Origin: Euglena gracilis
Lineage: Eukaryota
NCBI GenBank assembly: GCA_039621445.1
Contig: CP154954.1
Location: forward strand, 46,293,847-46,357,846
Reading direction: 5' to 3'
DNA: 64,000 nt
Below are positions 48,893 through 62,300 of the stretch, in pieces. Each line of letters opens with the position of its first letter. Within the stretch, counting starts at the first letter, position 1. Position numbers and translations under genes: made by a program. Below the pieces are notes generated by a model. The model was not told the DNA's origin and made no database searches. It saw only the letters and a list, made by a program, of their open reading frames with translations.

Positions 48893-50200
48893 GGTGGGGG
48901 TCGACCATGGTCGCCCCCCGACCGGAGGGGGGGGTTTCCCGTCGTGGGGTGGGGGTCGACCATGGTCGCCCTTCAAAAGGGGGGGGTTTCCCGTCGTGTG
49001 GTGGGGGTCGACCATGGTCGCCCTTCAAAAGGGGGTGGTTTCCCGTCGTGGGGTGGGGGTCGACCATGGTCGCCCCCCTTCCGGGGGGGGTTTCCCGTCG
49101 TGGGGTGGGGGTCCACCATGGTCGCCCCCCTACCGGGGGGGGTTTCCCGTCGTGGGGTGGGGGTCGACCATGGTCGCCCTCGGTCGACCCCCAGGGTCGC
49201 CTCGGTCGACCCCCCCCACTACCCCCCCCCCCCCGACCGAGAGCGACCGAGGGCGACCGAGGCGACCGTGGGTCGACCATGGTCGACCCCCACTACCCCC
49301 CCCCCCCAGGCCAGATCCGGGAGCCGCGCCCCGTGTGAGAGCCACACCCAAACCCAAACCAACTCCCCCCTGATAGGAGGTTAGGCATAGCAAGGGGGGG
49401 TGAGCGGCCGCGGGGGGGGGGGGGGGGGCCAAGGATGGCCGCGCAGGTTGCGCGCACCCAAAAATCAGTGATTTCCGGGTCCAAAAAAAAGTGGACATTT
49501 TTGGCCATTTTTGGCCATTTTTGATATAAAAAAAAGCTTGTTGGGCCGCGCGCTGCCCTAAATTTGCCATTTTTTGTCCGAAAATGGTCATTTTTGGCCA
49601 TTTTTGGGCCTCAAAAAAGTTTGGCTTTTTGCGAAGTTTTTTTGGGGTTAAGGTTGTTTCGATTAATCGATTTTTTGATTAATCATTTGCCACAATCGTT
49701 CATTTGGCCAGGGGGTGATTAATCGAAATAATCGGTCTTCCCAAGGAAACCATTGAAAAAGCAGTGCAGGAAAACACTTGGGAGTGAGCATTTTGGAGGC
49801 TCTGTCTCACAGAAATGTCACTGTATGTTGCTTTCTTTTGGGGGAAACAAAAACCAAAACAACAACCTTTAACCGAAATCTGTCCTCCAACCCTCCCCTC
49901 CCCCGATGTGGGCGATGCTTTGACTTGGGCACAACCAAATTGATGAAGTCCTTCAGACCCACAGCAACGCGCATGGCGTATATTTTGGTTGACCATCTGA
50001 GAAGACCCAAATTTGAGCTGAATAAATAAATAAATAAAAATACTCTTGAAATCCTCTTAAAATGCTGCCATACCCAAGAGGTTGCCATAACCAAAGCAAA
50101 GCTGTGCAGGGAACAGATCATGAAAGGAAAAAAATCATTTTTAAGGAAAAACATTATGTTTGAAGGGAAATGAAGCGTTTGTCGGTCATCATAATGCTAG

Positions 50201-51092
50201 CAAGGTTGGGTTTTGTTTTTGTATTTTTTTGGGGGGTCCCAAAAACAACCCAAAAATTTTGGGTACCCCCCCCAAAAACAAATTTTTGGGTCTGTACAAA
50301 AGCTGTTGAGCGGACTTAGAAGAATCCTCCTCTCAACAGCAGCCAGCCTCGACAATTCTTTTGTGTTTGAGGTATCACAGGTGGGCACCTGTGGTGTTTG
50401 CATTGGTGGGCACCACCAATGAAAAAAAAGGACATAAAAATTTTGGTATTTATCTCTGACTTTTTTGCGGGGACCCCATTAAATTTGCTTAGACGCCAGT
50501 AAATGCTACAACTCCCCAAAAAACATACACCAGGAAGGCTAGGAATTGTTGTGCATCCTTATAGTCCCCGCCGATATTTTCCCACAATTTTCCAACCGGA
50601 AAAACAAAATTTGTTGTTGAAATTTTTCTGCGCAATTTTTCAGCAATCCTATTTGGAGGTAGTCGGGAGGCAGCATCAATGATCCCGAAAGGAAAGGTTG
50701 AAGAGATGAAGGTTCATTGAAGGTTCGATTCTCGGTTCACGGGGGGGGGGGGGCAGGGGGGGGTCACGGGGGGTCTCGGGGGAAGCACCCCCATTGTAAA
50801 ACCAATAGAATTTTATAGTGAGTTCATTATACACATTTAATTTGCACAGGTATGTGCTGTTTAAGGTTAATCGGCAATGGAGAAGGAGCTTGGTGTGACA
50901 ATTGGCTCCTAACCAATTGCGGTCCACAGCCTTGTAATTTCTTGAATGCTGCCATGAAGGATGAAAAGGTCTGCAAAAGTGGGACTAAAATAAGGGGGGG
51001 TCCCAAAACCCAAAAATTTGGGCTTTTTTTGGGTACCCCCCCCCAAAAACAAATTTTTTGGGGGGGTACCCAAAACCCAAAACCCAACCTTG
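50201..51092. mobile_element. TIR element with 7-bp TSD (P-element-like)
   Basis: TIR CAAGGTTGGGTTTTG, TSD atgctag. Confidence 0.72.
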
Positions 51093-51431
51093 ATGCTAGG
51101 AACCCAAAGGGGGCATTAATCGTTCGGTAATCGTTCGCCACCCCCCGCTTAATCGGCACTAATCGTTCGGTGCCGTCGATTAAGATTAATCGTCCAACCT
51201 TAGGGGGGGGAAGCTGGGCAAAGTGGGTTGAGGAGGGGGGGCGAAGGGTGGGGGGCGAGTGGAGGCCGCGCGAGGGGGGTCCTGGTAAAGGAATTTTTGT
51301 TGACCCCCCCCCCGATAGTGTCCCCCCCCCCCGGTGCGTCCCATACCCGCCCTGTGGTTGAGCCAGGTATGTGAGGCTATCGGGGGGCATGGTACTTTTA
51401 GGTGCCCTTGACCCGTTATATGGCCTGGGTA

Positions 51432-52170
51432 CAGGGTTGACGTTTTTTTTTCTTAAAAAAACAAAAAAACATGTTTTTTTTAAAAAAAACGCAAAAAAAA
51501 ACATGTTGTTTTTTGAAAAAGCAAAAATTGACCTTTTTCCTTGCGAAATGACCATTTTTTGAAGAAAATTTTTCGCGGGTGGTTCGGGTCACGAGGGGGG
51601 GGGGGGTCACGGGGGGGGCACGAGGGGGGGGGTCACGAGGGGGGGGGTCACATTTTTGGTGGCCAGATTAGAAATCACCGAAAACCAATTTTTGGGAAAA
51701 AATCCTTTCTAGGCTCCAAAATAGGAAGCCCCCAAACAAAAATTAGGAAATCTACCGGAATATTTTGTCAAATTAGGCATCACCGGCCAAGTTTTTCAGA
51801 AAAAATGGCCGAAACGGGTCTTAGGTCGGGTAAACCGAAAAGGGTCTTACGTAGGTCGGGTTGGTTGGGGGAGGCGGGGTGGCGGGGTGGGGCGGTGGTC
51901 ATGGGGGGGGGAACACCCCCGTGAAGTTTTTTTTTCAAATGTGTGAAAGAATTTCCAAATCTGTGTTTTCTGGTGCGAAAAATCATGCTTTCAACCCAAA
52001 AAAATGAATGTTGTAGAGATAAAAAATGCACTTTTTCCCAAAAAAAACATTGCAAAAAAATTTTCCCCCAAACCCTCCATGACGTTTTTTTTGTTTTTTT
52101 TAAAAAAAACATATTTTTTAAAAAAAAACATGTTTTTTTTTGTTTTAAAAAAAACAAGCCGTCAACCTTG
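51432..52170. mobile_element. hAT-type MITE
   Basis: TIR CA(G/A)GGTTGACG, TSD cctgggta. Confidence 0.8.
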
Positions 52171-53054
52171 CCTGGGTACGGACCATAGTCCGCAATTTTT
52201 CTGCACCGTGTTTAGAGAGGCCTGGCGCCTTTCCTGTATTTTGTTGATGTGCTTTACGCCATGGTTTCAGGCACTTTTTTGTCCTTTTTTTTATACGAAA
52301 AACCCTGTTCACGAAAATATGCCCTGTTATTTTGTGTTCACCTGTTCAGAAAAAAACAGGGCATATTTTGAGGGGCCGGGCCTCTAAACACGGTTACAAA
52401 AGCCACAGGAGGGCAAAGAGAAGTTTTCATGGCTCTGCAAGTATATTTCCAGTGAATATTTTTTATTATTGAAAAATTGTGGGTGTAACCCCTATACAGG
52501 CCGTATAACGGGTCATGGGCGCCGCAGGCGCCCATGACCTGTTATACGGCCCGTATACGGGTTACACCCACGATTTTTTCCACAATCGTGGACCAAGAGG
52601 CCCGACGCCTGCCCTGTATATCGTTGATTGGCTTCACGCATCGAATTACCCTCACCCCCCCCCCCCATTTGGCTAATGGCCGGGCTCCTTCAGACCCCCA
52701 ATTAGCCAATTAGGGGGTGGGGACAATTAGGGGGGGGGGGGGCTCGAGGACCCCGACCCCATAATTTTTGACGTGTGCAAAATTGGTCGATTTTTTGTGC
52801 ATTTTTGGATTGGTTATGACTTTTTCTTATCCGGCAATTTTAACATTTTTGAAACGGACGTTTTTGGGGGTTTTCTGAGCCTTGCCGAAATTGGCCAAAG
52901 TTGGCCAAGGGAACGTCCATTGGCAAATTGGGCTAACCCCCCCCCAATTGGCTAATGGACCTCCCTTAAGGACCCCCCAATTAGCCAATTAGGGGGGGGG
53001 GGCAATTAGGGGGGTGAGGGTAGGAGCATTTTTTTTACAAAAAAAATCAAAATT

Positions 53055-54347
53055 TTCAGTCCACGAGGCGCCTGCCCTGTATTTTGTGGACTCAGTCCAC
53101 GAAACACAGGGCAGGCGCCAGGGGGGGTCAGCGCCTGCCCTGTATTTTGTGGACTCAGTCCACGAAATACAGGGCAGGCGCCGGGGGGGGGGTGGGCAAC
53201 GCCTGCCCTGTATTTCGTGGACTGAAACAATGTTCTTTTTCCAGTTGCTTTTCTGCACTAATGGCGAAACGCGCGGCTATCATCATGCTCCCTCGTCCCC
53301 CGAAAACATCTGAATTTTTGGCCGTGTTGGAGAAAATCATCGACGACAAAAAAAACACCAGTCGTCGATCCAGTTCACGGGACTTTGCTCCAACAAGCAA
53401 CAGCAAATAAGCCAGCTGGATTTGTGCCTTGGCACATTTGATGGATTTCCATCAACTGTGTCAGGACCTATGGGCAGTGTATGATGATCTGGATGACGTT
53501 TTTGTTGCCAGTGCCGGCTGGATGATTGATCCCAGTTTGTTGGTTGATGGCGCAGCCCAAATCAGTGGGATCAACGGTGGGCACAGGCCGGTCAAAGGTG
53601 GGATCAACGGTGGGCACAGGCCGGTAAAGATGCAGCGTCATCGCAGTGAAAGCATCCTCCTTCCGCGGCTACCTGACTGCCGTTGGACGAGCATACTCCT
53701 CAATCAAGCCAGAAACCCAAGCGGTGCCTTCCTCCAACTCCCAGTTTTCAAAGTTCCCGCGGTTCTTTCAGTCTGCTTACACCCGTGAACTCACCAAAAA
53801 AGCGGCAAACCAAGCTGTGCACCCCCCCCAAGAAATTTTACAGGACGACGAGTTGCCACGGGTGTTGTGAGAAGTGGACTGGACAAAGCCCTTTGAGGCC
53901 CAACGGCCCAATATTTTGATTCTGGGTTTCTGCACAGGCTACCGCCCAGAGGTTCTGCGGAGACTGGAGGTTGATTCCTTTGTGGAATCTGGAAAACAGC
54001 ACTAGCTGTTTCACTAGCCACTTCGTTGGGTCCCCTTTTCAGTGGCTAAAGCATTCTTTTTGTGTTCTGCTCATTGTGAAGTACAAAGGCAAGGATTTGC
54101 ATTGAGTATCTCTTTGACAGCGGTAATATGTCAAAAAATACAGTCCACAAAAACCATGCACTGATATTCGTGGACTCAGTCCACGAAATACAGTGCAGGC
54201 GTTGACCCCCCCCCCGGCGCCTGCCCTGTATTTCGTGGACTGAGTCCACGAAATGCAGGGCAAGGCGCCAGGGGGGGTCAACGCCTGCACTGTATTTCGT
54301 GTTCCAATCCACGATATACAGGGCAGGAGTCGGGCCTCAGTCCACGA
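53055..54347. mobile_element. Element bounded by palindromic subterminal repeats
   Basis: CGCCTGCCCTGTATTT(C/T)GTGGACT(C/G)AGTCCACGAAATACAGGGCAGGCG units at 53068-53225 and 54165-54345. Confidence 0.5.
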
Positions 54348-54764
54348 TTATAAAATACTTTTCCCCGGCAAAAAAAGTGGGGGCGGGTGTGCTGTGGATA
54401 GGGATGGCCCTCGTTTTCTAACCGATCGTTTTAAAACACGTTTTTTTCGAAAAAAACCCGTTTTTTTTTAAAAAAAACGGGGTTTTTTACCTTCGCCGCC
54501 CCCCGCCGTTTTTTCAAAAAAAATGTTTTTTTTGTTTTTTTATTTCCTTCGCCCCTCATGGCCGAAGGCGTGAGAAGAATGGCTCTGCCTGAGTTTTATA
54601 CTCTCCGTCACCCGGAAAATTTCATCTGGGGAACCCGAAAGTAAATGCCTGTTTCTCACTTTTTTTTTGCGCTCTTGGACGCACCCCCTGCCGAAGGACC
54701 GTTTTCATGGACCCCGGGCAGAAAAAAAACCCTGGGACAGCACCCGCGCTGTGGTACAAAACTC

Positions 54765-55185
54765 TTCCCCCAAGATGGGGAACAAAACTGCCCCAAGATG
54801 GGGCACGAAACTCCCCAAAATGTTGGGGCCAAAGTTGTGCCAGAAAACTGGACCCAAAAAGTTTCCAAAATGTTGCCCCAACCTGTGGCACAAAACTCCC
54901 GCGATGTGGACACAACATGTGGCCCCTAACTGTCACAAAGATGTGGCCCACAGCTGTGCCCAAGATGTGCCAGAAAGCTAGACCCAAAAAGATGTGGCAC
55001 CAAAATGTTGCCCACCTGTGGCACCAAATTGCCCCCAATGAGCACCAAGCTGGCCCCAAGATGTGCACCAAACTCTGACCACAAGATGTGCACTAAATTG
55101 TCCAAAATGTGGACAGCAGAATGGTCCCAAAATGCTTCCCCCAGCTGTGGCCAAGATGTGGCCCAAAATGTGGCACCAAACTGGG
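54765..55185 (+). repeat. Degenerate ~20-25-bp tandem repeat
   Basis: Variants of CCCCAAGATGTGGCACCAAA. Confidence 0.7.
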
Positions 55186-55579
55186 GGTGAATGTTGAATG
55201 TGCTTGGGTGGACAAAAAACTGTTTAAGGAGCTTTTCCCAGGGCAAGGCAAAACACAGCTGAAACAGAAACAGCTGAAACATGGGACCGAATTACTTGAA
55301 GCACATCACGACGAACTTCTGCAGCAGCGCCTGGTGAAGGTCTTCAAGTTCATTCATTATTCTTTTATCTCACTTGACCTTTCAGCAAATCACTTGGATC
55401 TTGAAACTTGTCAAATTGACGTGTCGCACTTGTTTTTATAACTTGAACCCCACCATGGACCTTCACCTGTCGGCCAAGCTGTATGAAAGAATGCATACCC
55501 ATTGCAACACAGGATCCTCCATACGCATCAGGATATATAAGGATTTAACTAGACACCGCGATTCCTAATCCAAAAAAAC

Positions 55580-55816
55580 CAACGGTTGGATTGCTATGGG
55601 GGCATGGGACAAGAAGCGCGCTCCTTGATGGCCACCCTCCTCAAAGCACTTCTGGGGCAGCGGGAAGGGTGGCAACGGCGGGCCGCAGAAGCAGACATTT
55701 GGCAAGGCCTGTCCTTCACACTTATCAGAGAAATCAGTAGACAGCTCGTTTGGAGCTTGTATTCTTCCAAAGATGAGATCACCCTGTCTTCCGCCCACTC
55801 ACCGTATTCTGTTTGA
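55580..55816 (+). mobile_element. 3' fragment of RLE-type (CRE-like) non-LTR retrotransposon
   Basis: DCYGGMGQEARSLM...IWQGLSFTLIREISR resembles the C-terminus of restriction-like-endonuclease non-LTR ORFs. Confidence 0.5.
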
Positions 55817-55872
55817 AGGCCTTTGAGCACAAACTCTCAGCCAAATAACCAACCTTGAACTCTCACCAGCTA

Positions 55873-56087
55873 TGTTTGCACCCCAAGGTCAGATTACAAG
55901 AATGAGCAAAGAAGACACAACTCAGTAACCCCTAGTAACCCCCTGAGCAGAGCCACACGCCGAGCCAAAGACAAATCGGTGGGTCACATGGACTCGCAGA
56001 GAAGCAAAACGCAACAAAAGCCAAAAAAACCCGACACAAACACGCCATCCAGTGGCAAAAGAGGTACAAACGCCCCCCTCCCCGCCC
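55873..56087 (-). repeat. Putative 3' LTR (~196 bp) preceded by polypurine tract
   Basis: Minus strand reads GGGCGGGGAGGGGGG-cgtt-TGTACC...GCAAACA; partner LTR not in window. Confidence 0.4.
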
Positions 56088-59000
56088 AATATATATTGAA
56101 GGTGACCTTTGCTCATCTTCCGCTAACCAACCTCCGCACCCTTACAACACTCTTTTGTACATTACACCCACAGTATAAGCTACCCGCGACCTGTGGCGGC
56201 ACAGGGAGTCACAAGGGGGTTCCTCTTGTGGCGAGGGCCAAAAGAGACATTTCCCTGGGCCCGGGGCGCGGTTTGGGTGAAGCTGTGCTACCCACCGTGA
56301 TGAGTATGGCAATCACAAACCAACGGTGGTTTTTTTGAAACAAAAAAACACAGTTTTTGGTTTTTTTCGAAAAAAACCAAAAAAAACACCATCCCTGGCT
56401 GTGGACCTTCTTGGCCATTTGGGCCAACTTTTTTACTTTTGGCAAGTTAAGGTCAGCATTCCCAAATTTGGCAAATGACAAGGGTTTCTGACAGACAATT
56501 GACATTAATATGACATTTAGACATTTGTCAAAAACAGAAACCCCGGTCCGCGTTAGGAATGGCCAATCCCACATTAATGTTCGCCCTCCCACAGGGGTAT
56601 TCCAGTTTTTTTTTTCTTCGGCAGGAGCTTTGTTAGGGTTTTTTTTGTTTTGGGCCAGATGGTGCCAGATTTTGATTTGGGCTGCTATTTCCATTTTTTT
56701 AGTCATTTTTTTGGTCATTTTTTAGCCCAAAATGACCAAAGAAATGCCTCAAGGGCCCCAGGCACTTCCTGGAAATGTTCATTTTTGGCATATTTTTGTT
56801 CACATGTTTGCGCATTTTTGCACATGCTCCATGCCTTTTTTATGCACGTTTGATGACTTTACAGCACGCAGTGCTTTTTAGGGTATGCCCATTTTCAACT
56901 GCTAAGGGTCCCGGGAGTAACATCCAGATGTGGCGAAAAAGGCGGGGTTCAGAGGCAAAGGACCGCAAAAGTTGCGGGGCTGGGTGGTGAAAGGTTCCTG
57001 GCCGGGGGGTTCGGCTGCTGCCGATTGCCAGACCGTGAAGACCTGACTCTCCTTGCTGCTGGAGCGTACAGGCACAAGTTGACGACTGCGGATTTCCATT
57101 GTTGTGTTGGGAAGGTGTCTACCCCGGGCGCCCCCCCTGCGGGTGTCGGACAGAAAACCCCAGCCCCCTGGCCGGCTGACTCCTGCCCGTCACCCACCCC
57201 TGGGGCTGCCGTTCCCTGGCCAGGGCCCAGTGTTTTTCCGGGTGGTGGAGGGCTCAGGCCACCCCCCGTTTCGCCCACTGGTATACCCCCCGACCAGAGG
57301 GGGGTGCGTAGGATCGAATTAGCTTTTTCGTGGAAATCTTGAACAAAATCAAAATTCCGCTCCAATGAAAATGATTCTCCAAACTTTGATCCCCATGAGG
57401 CCATTTCACTCCCCCTTTCTTCCGGCATGCAAAACATTGAGAATGGGTAAGGGTGGTGTTTTGTTCACTGAAATGGTGGTCAAAAAGCAACAACAGCACA
57501 CCGTGAATGAGGAAAGGTGGGACCTGACCTTTGAACTTGAAATTCTCAAAACTGACAATTCTTCAATGAAATAATTCTTGAGGACTTCAATTCTCAATTG
57601 TTGGAACAAAGAAACCCACAAAAGTCTGCGGAAGCAAATTGTGCTGAATTGGAACCTCAAATTAGGCTTTTCCTATAGAACGCGCATTCTGCGCGGAATG
57701 AAAAATTCCGTGTTTTCAAAAGCTTCCGCCCTGCCATTTTTGACTGTCGGACGCCCCCCGACAGTCGACACTCCCTCCCTTGCGACATTAGTCGGACCCT
57801 CAAAAAAAAATGAAAATTGAACAAAAAGCGAAGAAATGGAAAAAAATCAGAATGAAACGAATGCAAATGAGAATCCTTCACAATGTCTTGAGAAAGAGCG
57901 TGATGAAACGCCTATGCCCCTCGCTTGGTGTTGCCTTGCCACAAAAACAAGGCACACGGCACCACTTAGCGGCTCCACAAAAAAAATGCGAAAACGTCCC
58001 CTTAAAAATCCAAGCGCCCCCCCCCCCACAGGTTGGGGGCATTAAAAAAATGCCAAGAAAAAAAATTGCCACAAACTCTGTGAATGTCATTCAAAATTTA
58101 AATGAAAACTGGGCTAGCGCCCCCCCCCCACCCGATCAAAAAAAATCGTGGGGAGAGTTCTGACTTTTTGCACCCCGGAGGGAAAATGTTGGAGGGAAAT
58201 TTTTGGCTCCCCCCCCCCCCGAACATTCGGCGTGACCGCTTGGGGAGAGTTCGGACAGCCCCCCCCCCCCCGGTGCTTGTGACTGACTTTCTCATGGCTC
58301 ACCAAAAAACCCGAATTCTTGGATTGGACGTTCTCTTGCACTACACAACCTTGGTGGACATCCGAAAGGCAACCAACCCTTCATGAATGAAATCCGGTGA
58401 AATTCACTTAAAAAATAACCATTCATAGGGTCGTCGCGTGGTGTATCATACATCAACTGAAAAATCAGGCGATCTCCATCACGGGCATGGGAATGGGCGC
58501 CCCCCCCCCTCAACCGCAACACGTTTGGAGGGAGCTCACCCAAAAATCGGAGAAATTCAGCCCCCCCCCCCCCCGCATCCACGGAGAAGGTGAGGCTTCT
58601 TCCCCCTTGCAATGTCCACCAATGATTCGCAATCCAAACAAATCATCAAAACTCCACACATTTTGGGCCGCTCTCCTACAGGGGCTATGGCTCGACCTTG
58701 GTAAAAAAAATCCAAATCCTTCGGTCCCCCTTTCCATTCACGGTATGGGAAGGTGAGGTCAGGTTGGGGTGAGGAATATAGGCAGTGGGGTTCGGGGCTC
58801 GGGTAGCGGGTGATGGGGCCGTTTACAGTGAGGCAAGCCCCAACGGGGCTGGGCTATGGACAAGTTGGGTGGTGGTGTATTCGGTTGATTGGGTAAAAAG
58901 GCTTCATCTCCTCGTCTCGTCTCCTCATCTCATCTCCTTGTCTCGTCTCCTTGTCTCGTCTCCTTGCTTGCGTAGGGTGCTCGCCTCCTTCCTGCGGTGG

Positions 59001-59347
59001 TGCGCTCGCACTTTTCCCTTGGGGCTCCCTTGGGTGTGCTTGGAGCCTCCAAGTCCTCAAAACCTGTGAGAGCAAGGCGAAAGAGAAGAGCAAGCACAAA
59101 ATATGCACGGAGAGAGAAGGAGAGAGAGAGAGAGAGATCAAATTCATCACATGCTCGAAAAATCAAAACATATGAGAATCATGGAGTCAAAAACAAAAGG
59201 TATGATGCACATAAGCAATGCATTGCAAGCACACAAACAACTTGCCGAAACAGCACTTGGCCCGACTCAAAGCAAGAGCCTCAAACATTTGGGCTCCCCG
59301 ATCAAAAAAAAAAAGCAAAATGGACCGAGCCTTCAACTTTCGGCTCA

Positions 59348-62300
59348 CTAGGGTTTCAAAGATTTTTTCAATTCGGACATCAAATCGACCCCTAGGTTTT
59401 TCTTCGTGCAATACCTCACCAACTCCTCACTAAATCGGTGTATGAAATTCCCCACCGGCTCCCAGGTTTCCTCCCCCTCGTTGTAACCAACCCATTTCGT
59501 GAGGAACTCCCAGATTCCCCCCTTCTTTCGGTGGTTCAGAATTTTTTCAACTTCCCACTCATCAGGCATTGCTTCCTCTTCTTTTTCGGTCCTCTTGAAA
59601 AAGAATAAAGGCACCCCCTCACCAAAAACTTCAGGCTCTTTGTACTCCTTAAGGAAACTACGATGAACCTTCATTTCCATCCCGGGTTTAATTTCAATAA
59701 TGTAACTCCTCTCCCCCTCCCGGGCTTTAATAATCCCAGGTCCAATCCATCTGGAATCCAATTTTTCTCCGGATCCTTCGGGTCTCCTATACCACACTTG
59801 GGTTCCCAATTTTAAGGGTACCAACTCCCTCCTCCCTTGGTTGACCCAACTCGCTTGAACCCAATGTGAGTGGTTGAGAACCTTAGCAACTTTTTCATCC
59901 ACCTCCCTTATTCGGCGAAAGAAACTTTGAGCGTCTTCACACTCCTTCGATGGTTCATAGGGTATCCCCCCAATGGGTCTATCCCTTCCAAATAAAATCT
60001 CATCAGGACTAAAACCACTCTCCCCCTTTGTGTCATGAATGCGATCCAAAACTTGGGGAAGTGCTTCCACCCAATTCATTTTTTCCTCCACAAACAACTT
60101 TCGGAGGATTTCCATTATTTGTTGGCCGGCTCTCTCCACCCTCCCATTTGCTTGGTGGTGGTAAGCTTGGGAAAATGCTTGCCGAATTCCCATGAGAGAA
60201 CACATGGTTTGCCACCATGTGTTGACAAAATGGCTCCCTTGGTCACTTGAAATTATTGACGGGACTCCAAAGGGTTTCCATTGGGCTTTAAGCATTTCCT
60301 TGGCCAATTTTGCACCCGTTAATCCTTTATCAAAACACGGTATGGCTACAATCCAACCGGAATGTCGGTCCACGCAAACAGCCATTGTGTTGTACTCCCC
60401 CCCCTCGTACAACACCTTCGGCATTTTGAAAAGATCGATAGCCACACTTACCATGGGTGCGGGTGGTATGGGTGTTGAGTCAATGGGTCCTTTCAATGTC
60501 TCCCCCCTCGAGCTTGCTTGACATGTTGTGCAATTTTTGCTACAACTGTCAGTGAAAACTTTCGCCTTCTTTTCATCAGCCCATGCATACCTCAAATTGA
60601 CGTGCCTCCACACCTTTTCCGGACCAACGTGTCCAAGAAATTTGTGGTTTTCAAGGATGATCATTTCCTGAAAACTTAGTGGAATGCACAACTTCTCCTC
60701 TCGAAACATTTGGTTTTTGTGGACTTTCACCCCCTTTGGCCACTCACCATTTTCTTGTGTTGCTTGCCAAATCTTTTTCCACGTGGGACACAAAGTGTAT
60801 GCAACCACCCAATCTTGCTCCCAAACCGAATTTGTTCCCTTAGGGGTTACACTTGGAGTTGGCGTGGCCACACCTTCTCCCGTGCACGTTCCCCCCCTCG
60901 GTAACTCATTGGATGAAAGTTTTGGGTCGGTCACCAAATTACCCGCGGGGTCCACTCCATCCCAAAAAGTGACTCTCAACTTTTTGTCCTTTTTCCCCTT
61001 TGACCTGGGCCCTTGTGAGTGTGTGTCAACGGTGGTGTCTATGCCTCCCGGATTTACTACACTCTCGGTTCCCCTCTCTTGCATGCTATCCATAGAATCT
61101 TTTGGTTCCACCAATTTCCCGCTACGGGTTATCACTCCTCTAATCCACGTGTTACGGTTGTTGGGCTGATTTTTCACTCTAATCCACAAACAATTTCTTT
61201 CGTCTTCCCGTTCCTCTCTTATGAGTTCCTCCATTTCTTCCTTATCCTCGGCTGAACCGTGTTTGCTTACGTCTCTTAATGCTTGTGAGGCCGGGTAAGC
61301 CCACCGACTCAAAATGTCGGCAATTGTGTTTTCTTTACCCGGTATGTACCCCACCGTCAAATCATATTTTGAAAAAATCTGGTGCCATCGTGCCCTCCTA
61401 CCCACCGGACCACTGGGGGTATCGAGCACCTCTTTTGACCATGCCTCCAAACTTTGGTGGTCGGTCAACACCAAAACGGGTTGAAGACCGATCCAACTTT
61501 CCCATTTTTGGAGAGCCAAAATTATGGCATAAGTCTCCAACTCACGGGGGGTCCATTTCCTTTGCCCCACGGTAAGTTTTCGGGACATGAAGGCAATAGG
61601 CACCGTTTTCTTATCCATCACATCTTGGGGTGTGGGCTTACCATTTCCTTCCTTTAGTTGTTCTAGTGTAGCCCCCACGGCGTACCCACTTGCATCTACC
61701 CTTAATACAAAGGGTTTATCGGGGTCTACACGTTGTAGGATTAAGCCCGAACACAAACGCTTCTTCAACTCCTCAAACGCTTGGAGATCCCCCTCCCCAA
61801 ATTCAACTCTTTTTTTGCTTCCTTTTTTACCAACATCCCTAGGCACCTTCAATTTGTCTTGCAACGGTGCGGCAATTTGAGCATACATATGGATGTATGC
61901 GTTGTAGTAGTTGGTAAAACCAAGGAAAGCTCTTAATGCGGTAATGGTTGTGGGAACCTCCCATTTCTCAATGGCACGAAGTTTGCCCGGTGCTGGCCAT
62001 CGGGCACCATGACCCAAAATTTGGCCACAAAATTCCACTTCCTTGATGAACAATTTTGCCTTTTTGGGGTCCACCACAAAAAATTCTTTGGCCAACAAAT
62101 CCAAAACTCGGCACAAATCCCGTTTGTGTGCCTCTAGGAGGTCTTCCCCCTCCCCAACGGTTGTCCCCACCAAAATATCATCTATGTATGGGGTTGCTAT
62201 GTCCCTTACGGGTGCTAGCCTCTCATCCATCATTTGTTGAAATTGTTGTGAGGCGTTAGTTAACCCCATTACATTGACCCTCCATTGGTAGAGACCCTTT

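Larger units (their letters stand above)
43372..49310. mobile_element. Foldback-like element with modular long TIRs
   Basis: 43372-43920 and 48893-49310 are inverted arrays of a ~52-bp unit with core CGACCATGGTCG; no TSD seen. Confidence 0.65.
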
